Shown here one piece after another: positions 56,955 to 64,000 of a stretch of DNA of 64,000 nt. This stretch comes from an uncultured Alphaproteobacteria bacterium. GTDB lineage: Bacteria; Pseudomonadota; Alphaproteobacteria; HIMB59; GCA-002718135. The notes beneath the pieces are model-generated. The model saw only the letters and a program-made list of their open reading frames with translations, was not told the DNA's origin and ran no database searches. Each line of letters opens with the position of its first letter. Position 1 is the stretch's first letter. The stretch is taken from contig CACOIH010000003.1 in assembly GCA_902627245.1 (NCBI GenBank), positions 140 to 64,139 on the forward strand, given 5' to 3'. A program made the translations under genes and the position numbers.

Positions 56955-57746
56955 ATGAATTTTAATCTAATATTAACCGAAAAAAATAATAATATTTTTA
57001 ATATTATTCTTAATGACCAGAAAAACCAGAATACTTTAAGTGAAAACATGATCAATGAATTAACATCTGCGTTAGACATTGCTGATAAAGATAATGATGT
57101 AAAAGTAATTATTTTATCATCAAAAGGTAATATTTTTTGTGCAGGACATAATTTAAAAGATTTAAATTCACAAAGATTGCAAAATGACAAAGGGGAAAGC
57201 TATTTTAAAAAAATATTTCAAATGTGCTCTCAACTTATGCTGAAAATTAATAAAAATAATAAACCAGTTATAGCTATGGTTGATGGTATAGCTACTGCTG
57301 CAGGCTGTCAGTTAATTTCTAGCTGTGATTTAGCTTACTCAAGTAGCAGAGCAAAATATGCAACTCCTGGTGTTAATATTGGATTGTTTTGTTCTACACC
57401 AATGGTTCCATTATCAAGAACTGTAGGTAAAAAACAAGCAATGGAGATGCTTCTTACTGGAGATCTTATAAACGCAAATAAAGCTCTGAGGATTGGCCTA
57501 ATAAATGATGTCTTTGAAGAAGATAGTTTAAAAGAAAATGTATTTCAAATTGCTAAAAAAATATCGTCTAAATCTTCTAATACTATTAAAATTGGTAAAG
57601 AAGCTTTTTACAAACAAAAAGATATGAATTTAGAAGACGCATATACTTTTACTTCAAAGGTAATGACGGAAAATATGTTACACGATGATTCCAAGGAAGG
57701 TATTGAAGCTTTTTTAGAAAAAAGAGAGCCAAACTGGAAAGAATAA
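56955..57746 (+). CDS. enoyl-CoA hydratase/isomerase (crotonase) family protein
   Basis: FCAGHNLKDL and VDGIATAAGCQLISSCDLAY oxyanion-hole blocks. The start directly abuts the osmC-like stop. Confidence 0.85.
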   Translation: MNFNLILTEKNNNIFNIILNDQKNQNTLSENMINELTSALDIADKDNDVKVIILSSKGNIFCAGHNLKDLNSQRLQNDKGESYFKKIFQMCSQLMLKINKNNKPVIAMVDGIATAAGCQLISSCDLAYSSSRAKYATPGVNIGLFCSTPMVPLSRTVGKKQAMEMLLTGDLINANKALRIGLINDVFEEDSLKENVFQIAKKISSKSSNTIKIGKEAFYKQKDMNLEDAYTFTSKVMTENMLHDDSKEGIEAFLEKREPNWKE

Positions 57747-57753
57747 TTACTTC

Positions 57754-59226
57754 TTAAAATGGGTCTGATTGAGATGGATTGGTAGCTAGCCAAGTAGATT
57801 TAGTCTGCATGTAACTTTGCATTCCCTCCCATCCATTTTCACGACCGTATCCTGATTGCTTGAAACCGCCAACCGGAGATTGAGTAGAAGCATTAAAATA
57901 ATTATTTATATAAACAGTTCCAGCCTCTATCTTATCCGCTAAACGTATAGCTTTATTAGTATCCTTAGTCCAAATACCTGCTGCAAGCCCATAAATAGTA
58001 TCATTTGCAATTTTAATTACCTCATTTTCATCCTCCCAAGTTTGTATTGAGGCTACTGGTCCGAATATTTCATTTTGGGCTAAATCATCTTCATTAGGAA
58101 CATTATCAAATATTGTTGGGCCAATATAGTAACCTTCAGATTTATTCTCTTTTCTTCCATCAATTAATAATTTCAATCCTCTTTTTTCCGCATCTTCTAT
58201 TTTTGACAAGATAAATTCATACTGTTCTTTATTGGCAATTGGTCCAATTTGAGTTGAGGGGTCATTTGGGCTCCCCACTTTTGCTTTTTTGACCACTTCT
58301 AGCAACTTATTAGTAAATTCATCTTTGATATTTTTATGAACTAATATTCTTGAGCCTGAAATACAACTATGTCCAGCTACTGGAAATATTCCAGAAACAA
58401 CACCGTTTACTGATAAATTTATATCGGCATCACTAAATATGATTTGAGGTGATTTTCCACCAAGTTCCATAATTATCGGCTTTACTTTTTTTGATGCACT
58501 AAGACTTGCAGCGCTACCACCTTTTGTACCACCAGTAAAACTAATCATTCTAACATCATCGTGCTCTATCAAGGTGGCTCCAGTAGTTGGACCAAAGCCA
58601 GTTACGACATTAATTAATCCTTCTGGTAAATCTGCTTCTTCCAAAATACTCATTAACTCTAAAGTTGAGCATGATGCTCTTTCAGAAGGTTTAATAACAA
58701 CTGTATTACCAGAAGCAAGTGCAGGTGCTAATTTCCATATCAATGTTCCAATTGGTGAATTCCAAGGAAGGATAAGGGCTACAACACCAAAAGGCTCCCA
58801 TTTTAAATAATTATGCATATTAGGAACTTCAGATGGTATTAATCGACCTTCAAATTTATCACACATTCCAGCGTAATAATAAAAGCTCTCAGTCTGCCAA
58901 CTTGTCAAAGATGGTGTAATATTTTTTGGTAATTTACCATTATCTTTTGTTTCAATATTTCCAATTTTTTCAGCATTTTTTGAAATAACATCACCTATTC
59001 TATGTAGAATTCTTCCTCTTTCAGCTGGATGCATTTTTCCCCATGGCCCATCATAATAAGCACTTTTAGCACTTTTAACTGCAATATTAATGTCATCTAA
59101 ATTACAGTTGGGAAGCTTTGCCCATACTTTACCAATTGATGGATCTTCGCTTTCAAAATATTTACCAGAAGAAGGCTCATGCCAATTGCTACCAGCATAA
59201 TATTTAAAAATTTTAATCTCTGACAT
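57754..59226 (-). CDS. NAD(P)-dependent aldehyde dehydrogenase (betaine-aldehyde dehydrogenase-like)
   Basis: PWNSP, ELGGKSP and a catalytic Cys region (AGHSCISGSR). Confidence 0.85.
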   Translation of the reverse strand: MSEIKIFKYYAGSNWHEPSSGKYFESEDPSIGKVWAKLPNCNLDDINIAVKSAKSAYYDGPWGKMHPAERGRILHRIGDVISKNAEKIGNIETKDNGKLPKNITPSLTSWQTESFYYYAGMCDKFEGRLIPSEVPNMHNYLKWEPFGVVALILPWNSPIGTLIWKLAPALASGNTVVIKPSERASCSTLELMSILEEADLPEGLINVVTGFGPTTGATLIEHDDVRMISFTGGTKGGSAASLSASKKVKPIIMELGGKSPQIIFSDADINLSVNGVVSGIFPVAGHSCISGSRILVHKNIKDEFTNKLLEVVKKAKVGSPNDPSTQIGPIANKEQYEFILSKIEDAEKRGLKLLIDGRKENKSEGYYIGPTIFDNVPNEDDLAQNEIFGPVASIQTWEDENEVIKIANDTIYGLAAGIWTKDTNKAIRLADKIEAGTVYINNYFNASTQSPVGGFKQSGYGRENGWEGMQSYMQTKSTWLATNPSQSDPF

Positions 59227-59228
59227 AA

Positions 59229-60872
59229 TTAATTTATATTTTCTAATATCATATCTGCTGCTTTTTCTGCCAACATAATTACAGAAGCATTTATATTTCC
59301 ACTAATCATATCTGGAAAGGATGAAGCGTCAACTACTCTTAGGTTTTTTATACCTTTAACTCTTAATTTTTCATCTAAAACTGCTAGTTTATTATTATCA
59401 GATCCCATTGCACATGTGGATGCAGGATGGTGACCAGTTTGAACATGATTTCGAACTGCTTCTTTCATATCTTCAGTACTTTTTACTTCTTTACCAGGTA
59501 ATAATTCCTCTGAAACAATCTTCTTTAAACTTGGTTTTGATAATACTTCTCTTGTATATTTCATGCCTTCTATGAGATCATCCATATCTAGTAAATCTGA
59601 AAACCAATTAGGATTTATCTGCAGCTCTTCATTTGGGTTTGAGCTTTTCAATCTTACATTACCGGTACTCTTAGGTCTCAATAAATTAATTTGAAAATGT
59701 AAGCCTGGAAAAGCTTTTTTTCCTCTTGAAAAAAAAACAGATCCAAAATTTAATAAATGATCTAAATTAAATGAAGTTGTATATTTTTCTTCTTTAAAAC
59801 ACATAGAGGTCATAAAAATTTGAAGTTCTGGCATTTCTTTTTCTCTTATTGAATGAAAAAGGTTAGTAGACCAAAATGGTGCAGATGTAACACCTCTTTT
59901 AAATAAAATATATTGAAGACCAACTAACAATGCTTTGTCAATTCTTTGATATTTCGAAAAGCTTTTATTATTATTTTTCAAACCCCAATTCATTGGCATA
60001 ATAGGATGATCATGAAGATTTTCACCTACGCCAGGTAAATCATTGACTACATCAACACCCATATCTTTTAAATGTTCGTATGGCCCAATACCAGATAACA
60101 TTAAACATTTTGGACTGCCAAATGCACCAAGAGATAACATAATTTCTGATGAAGCATAAACATTACCTTTTGATAATGTTAATCCTATAGCTTTAGATTT
60201 TTCAATTAAAATTTTAAATACTGAAGTATTTTTATAAATAGTTAAATTTTTAGGTTTAAATTTTAAATATGCTTCTGCAGACGATTGTCTTTTTCCATTC
60301 CAAACTTTGACATCATATCTTCCCACACCATTTAGACTATCACTATAAAAATCATTATTAATTTTTGAACCTGCTTCCAAACATGCATTAATAAATGCCT
60401 CATCTACTTCATTATAATTGCCAGCTGGTGTAAGTTTTAATGGGCCAGAATGTGAATGATATTTGCCCTCTTTTCTGTGGTAAGCGGATGCTGATTTCTT
60501 AAAGTATGGCAATACATCATCATATGACCAACCTTGAAGCCCTTTTTGTCTCCATCGATTAAAGTCACCTGAAGCACCTCTCATATATATCATTCCATTT
60601 AATAGGGAAGATCCACCCAATCCTTTTCCTCTTGGGTATAAAATTTTTCTATTATTTAATTGTGGTTGCGGCACTGATTCAAAACCCCAATCAAACTTTG
60701 GATTTCCAAATATAAATCCATTTCCACCTGGCATTTGAGTGAATAGGCTTTTACCTGAGCCACCAGCCTCAATTAATAAAACTTTAATATCTTTGTTTTC
60801 ACATAATCTTGAAGCTAAAGTACAGCCAGCAGAACCGCCTCCAGCAACTATGTAATCAAATGTTTGTTTCAC
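59229..60872 (-). CDS. GMC-family FAD oxidoreductase (second choline dehydrogenase-like paralog)
   Basis: DYIVAGGGSAGCTLASRL, the GMC signature, and the C-terminal HPASTCAMG and RVVDASSFP blocks. Confidence 0.8.
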   Translation of the reverse strand: MKQTFDYIVAGGGSAGCTLASRLCENKDIKVLLIEAGGSGKSLFTQMPGGNGFIFGNPKFDWGFESVPQPQLNNRKILYPRGKGLGGSSLLNGMIYMRGASGDFNRWRQKGLQGWSYDDVLPYFKKSASAYHRKEGKYHSHSGPLKLTPAGNYNEVDEAFINACLEAGSKINNDFYSDSLNGVGRYDVKVWNGKRQSSAEAYLKFKPKNLTIYKNTSVFKILIEKSKAIGLTLSKGNVYASSEIMLSLGAFGSPKCLMLSGIGPYEHLKDMGVDVVNDLPGVGENLHDHPIMPMNWGLKNNNKSFSKYQRIDKALLVGLQYILFKRGVTSAPFWSTNLFHSIREKEMPELQIFMTSMCFKEEKYTTSFNLDHLLNFGSVFFSRGKKAFPGLHFQINLLRPKSTGNVRLKSSNPNEELQINPNWFSDLLDMDDLIEGMKYTREVLSKPSLKKIVSEELLPGKEVKSTEDMKEAVRNHVQTGHHPASTCAMGSDNNKLAVLDEKLRVKGIKNLRVVDASSFPDMISGNINASVIMLAEKAADMILENIN

Positions 60873-60883
60873 TTTTTATTTAA

Positions 60884-61759
60884 TTAATTAATATTTTTTC
60901 TTTCTCTATAAGCAATAAAAATTCCACTAAAAATAATGATAAAGCCTCCTAAATATATACTATAGGTTGGAACTTCTGCAAAAATTAAGAAACCCATTAA
61001 TCCAACAAAAATGAAAGATGAATATTCAAATGGTGATGTAACTGCAACATCAGCATATTTAGCTGCTTGAGACATAAAAAAATGTCCTAGAGATCCCATT
61101 ATACCTAAACTAGATGCGATTAAAATCTGACCTATGTTAGGCATTATAAAATCCTTTGGAAAAAATACTAAGGATGTAATTAACAAAGCAAAAGAATAAT
61201 AAAAAATTATAGCAACACTGGAATCAGTGCTCATTACTGATCTTGTTGATAGATAAACAGATGCCATAAAACATGCAGAAATAAGAGGATATAAAGACTC
61301 AAGCTTAAACAGATCTGTGCCTGGTTTAACTATAATTAACACACCTATAAAACCAATTAAAATGGCTGATGTTCTTAAAATACCAATTCTTTCTCCTAGT
61401 ATGGGAACAGCAAGAAATGCGGCTATTATTGGAGCTGAGTGAGCAATAGCAATATTTTCTGATAACATTAAATTATTTATTCCATAAATATAAAATACTA
61501 CACATCCGGATGCTGAGAAGGCCCTTATTAAATGTCCGAGAGGTTTTTTTGTTTTTAGCTTATTGAAACCAAAGTATATTGTAAGAATTAAAGCAATAAT
61601 ACTGCCACTTAAAGCTCTAAAGAAAACAGACTCCCATACAGGAAAATGAAAACTTAAATATTTGTATGTCATGTCATTAATACTTAGACAAAACATTGAA
61701 AGTATCATAAATGAAATACCCAAGAGATTATTATTTTTAGATTTCATTTTGATATTCAA
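60884..61759 (-). CDS. EamA/DMT family transporter
   Basis: 291 aa with a 10-TM pattern and duplicated EamA-like halves. Confidence 0.7.
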   Translation of the reverse strand: MNIKMKSKNNNLLGISFMILSMFCLSINDMTYKYLSFHFPVWESVFFRALSGSIIALILTIYFGFNKLKTKKPLGHLIRAFSASGCVVFYIYGINNLMLSENIAIAHSAPIIAAFLAVPILGERIGILRTSAILIGFIGVLIIVKPGTDLFKLESLYPLISACFMASVYLSTRSVMSTDSSVAIIFYYSFALLITSLVFFPKDFIMPNIGQILIASSLGIMGSLGHFFMSQAAKYADVAVTSPFEYSSFIFVGLMGFLIFAEVPTYSIYLGGFIIIFSGIFIAYRERKNIN

Positions 61760-61797
61760 TATACTATGTTAATTTATTGGGATATAAATATTTAAAC

Positions 61798-62937
61798 ATG
61801 AATCAAAAATACACTGTAAAAGATATAGAAAGAAAAAAAGATTATTTAAGTATAAAATGGGGTGATAACTTCAAAAGTAAATTCCATTTTCTATGGTTGA
61901 GAGATAACTGTCCAACAGCAATTCATCCTACTGCTAATATGAGAGTTTTTAATATTCTTACTATTAGTAAAGATATATTCCCAAAAGAATATAAACTTCA
62001 TAATAAGAAATTAAAAATAAATTGGAGTGAAGATAAACATGAAAGCAAATTTGATTTAAAATGGCTTAGAGATCACTGTTACACTGAAATTAATAATAAA
62101 AAATATAAAACTCCATATATATTTTGGGATGGAAATCTTAAAAAAAATTTCAATAAAATTAAATTAGATCATAACAAAATAATTAGACAAGATAATTACT
62201 TAAAAAAATGGCTAGAGTTACTACATTCCTATGGGTTTGCAATTGTTAGAAATTCTCCAACAAGAAAAAAATCAGGTTTTAAAATTTTAAATAGAATAAG
62301 TCATCATAGAGAAACTTTTTTTGGAACTCCTTTTGAGGTAATTAATATACCAAAGCCAAATAATACTGCATATACAGCACAAGCACTTAGAAATCATACA
62401 GATTTACCATATTTTGAGTATGCACCAGGTTATCAATTTCTACATTGTTTAGTCAATGACGCAACGGGAGGAAAATCATCTGTTGTTGACGGCTTTGCAA
62501 TTGCAGATTATTTAAGAAAAAAAGAAAGTGATGTATTTAAGTTATTAACTACTACTCACGTAAAATTTAAAGATACCGATTATACCCAAAAGGCAATTAG
62601 AATACTTCACTCTCCGATAATTACTCTCACAAAAGATAATGATTTTAATGATATTAGATTTAGTATGGCTGCAATGGGAGCTGTAGATATAAACCCGAGT
62701 AAAATGAAAAAGTTTTATGAAGCCTATCAATATTTTGCTTCGTTACTACAGAATACTAAATTTAAAATTGATTTTAGATTAGAAGCTGGAGATATTTTTT
62801 GTTTTAATAACAGAAGAGTTCTACATGGGAGGACTGAATTTGATCCAAACTCAGGAAATAGACATTTACAAGGGTATTATGTTGAAAGAGATGAGATTAT
62901 TGCCAGATTAAATTATTTTAATAAGATAAAAGTATAG
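61798..62937 (+). CDS. gamma-butyrobetaine hydroxylase-like Fe(II)/2-oxoglutarate dioxygenase (BBOX/TmpA family)
   Basis: N-terminal DUF971-like repeats (FHFLWLRDNC, LKWLRDHC), the HTD iron motif (NHTDLPYFE) and the distal NRRVLHGR. I chose the ATG at 61798. Confidence 0.7.
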   Translation: MNQKYTVKDIERKKDYLSIKWGDNFKSKFHFLWLRDNCPTAIHPTANMRVFNILTISKDIFPKEYKLHNKKLKINWSEDKHESKFDLKWLRDHCYTEINNKKYKTPYIFWDGNLKKNFNKIKLDHNKIIRQDNYLKKWLELLHSYGFAIVRNSPTRKKSGFKILNRISHHRETFFGTPFEVINIPKPNNTAYTAQALRNHTDLPYFEYAPGYQFLHCLVNDATGGKSSVVDGFAIADYLRKKESDVFKLLTTTHVKFKDTDYTQKAIRILHSPIITLTKDNDFNDIRFSMAAMGAVDINPSKMKKFYEAYQYFASLLQNTKFKIDFRLEAGDIFCFNNRRVLHGRTEFDPNSGNRHLQGYYVERDEIIARLNYFNKIKV

Positions 62938-64000
62938 TTAATCCAAACCACAAATTGTTTTAACTTCCAAATATTCTTCCAAACCCCAGACCCCGCCCTC
63001 TCTACCATTTCCCGATTGTTTATATCCTCCAAATGGCGTTCCTGGATCAGCTGTATTACCATTAATATATACTCCTCCAGATCGAAATTTTCTTGCAACT
63101 CTCTTGGCTTTTTCTTTATCCTGTGTCTGGACATAATTTCCTAAACCATAAAGTGTTTCGTTAACAATTGATATTGCTTCATCTTCAGATTCAAATGGAA
63201 TTATTGATAGAACAGGTCCAAATATTTCTTCTTTTGCAATTCGCATGTCGTTTGAAACATCAGTAAATATAGTTGGTTTTATAAAATATCCTTTTTCTAA
63301 CTCTTTTGGGCGTTCAGGGCCTCCTGCGAGTAGAGTGGCTCCTTCACTAATTCCACTTTTAATTAGGTCAATAATTTTGTCATATTGTTTTTTAGAAACA
63401 ACTGGACCAATGTGATCGCCTTTTTTCGATGCAATATCAACTTTTATTTTATTTGCTTCATCAGTTGCATCTTTAATAGCTCTTTTATAAATTGATTTTT
63501 CTACCAACATTCTTGTTGGGGCATCACAAGATTGACCAGAGTTACTCATTATATTTCTAACACCTTGTCTAACAGCTTCAGGATGTGAATCACTAAATAT
63601 TATGTTTCCCCCCTTTCCACCTAATTCAAGGCAAACTCTTTTAATAGTATCGGAAGCGTTTTTAGATATAAGCTTTCCAGCCCTTGTAGAACCTGTAAAA
63701 GAAATCATATCAATATCAGGATGTGATGCCAAAACAGTACCAACACCTTCTCCATCACCATTAATTAAATTAAATACACCTGCTGGAAAACCTGCTTCAT
63801 GAATAATATCTGCAAATATCATTCCAGAGAGTGGTGCAATTTCTGATGGCTTTAATATCATCGTGCAACCTGAAGCCAGTGCCGGTATTACCTTTAATGT
63901 TATTTGATTTATTGGCCAATTCCATGGTGTTATTAAACCGCATACTCCTATTGGCTCATATGCAATGTAATTATTTGAATTATTTTTAAATTTTTTCTCA
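62938..64000 (-). CDS. aldehyde dehydrogenase, N-terminus outside window
   Basis: The frame stays open upstream of the ORF-track Met (…GLITPWNWPINQITLKVIPALASGCTMILKPSE). It also has the ELGGKG and SGQSCDAPTR catalytic regions. Confidence 0.85.
   Translation of the reverse strand, partial: EKKFKNNSNNYIAYEPIGVCGLITPWNWPINQITLKVIPALASGCTMILKPSEIAPLSGMIFADIIHEAGFPAGVFNLINGDGEGVGTVLASHPDIDMISFTGSTRAGKLISKNASDTIKRVCLELGGKGGNIIFSDSHPEAVRQGVRNIMSNSGQSCDAPTRMLVEKSIYKRAIKDATDEANKIKVDIASKKGDHIGPVVSKKQYDKIIDLIKSGISEGATLLAGGPERPKELEKGYFIKPTIFTDVSNDMRIAKEEIFGPVLSIIPFESEDEAISIVNETLYGLGNYVQTQDKEKAKRVARKFRSGGVYINGNTADPGTPFGGYKQSGNGREGGVWGLEEYLEVKTICGLD

Noticed and set aside
62913-63134. 73-aa ORF overlapping the 3' end of the terminal ALDH, and the 86-aa ORF at 49609-49869 overlapping the binding-protein 3' end.
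   Set aside because: Both are out-of-frame overlaps with strongly supported genes. They have no independent start context and no recognisable domain.
1-64000. CRISPR arrays, rRNA genes, transposases, integrases, toxin-antitoxin pairs or known defence-system signatures.
   Set aside because: None was seen on either strand. I found no regularly spaced direct repeats, no IS-like inverted repeats and no DDE, tyrosine or serine recombinase motifs in any ORF.

Overview
This 64-kb window looks like a chromosomal segment of a very AT-rich, streamlined marine alphaproteobacterium. The tiny or overlapping intergenic spacers and the many osmolyte and one-carbon genes fit SAR11/Pelagibacterales; that is an inference from sequence style, not a database hit. 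I can support about 60 protein genes, one tRNA-Leu(UAA) and one tRNA-Leu relic. I saw no rRNA, CRISPR array, transposase or integrase.

Layout:
- 0-7.9 kb and 13.7-27.6 kb: housekeeping genes (icd, alaS, recA, dksA, moaA, nadK, map, purB, bolA/grxD, rpsD, cimA, gltX, nadE, class II DAHP synthase, glmU, Sua5).
- 8.0-13.7 kb: an extremely AT-rich sugar-modification island lying between tRNA-Leu and a degenerate copy of that tRNA's 5' half.
- 27.6-36.0 kb: polyamine uptake and catabolism.
- 36.0-40.0 kb: an HD-domain protein and a carnitine-type module (thioesterase, BKACE, L-carnitine dehydrogenase-like, MDR reductase).
- 40.0-41.8 kb: an XRE/M78/DUF2083 regulator, a repeat-structured divergent control region and an unlisted 59-aa ORF.
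- 41.8-57.7 kb: a divergent supercluster. A family-5 ABC importer is fused in one operon to CBS, SDR and GMC genes. It faces a Tat-signal binding protein and a tightly coupled 8-gene operon (BHMT-like, GcvT-like, FMN 2-hydroxyacid dehydrogenase, ThDP enzyme, atypical transthyretin-like protein, DmdA-like, OsmC-like, crotonase).
- 57.7-64 kb: ALDH, GMC oxidoreductase, EamA transporter, a gamma-butyrobetaine-hydroxylase-like dioxygenase and a second ALDH cut by the window edge.

The best candidates for something undescribed are the 41.8-57.7 kb methylated-osmolyte supercluster and the tRNA-bracketed glycan island. All functional calls come from motif recognition by eye and need homology searches.
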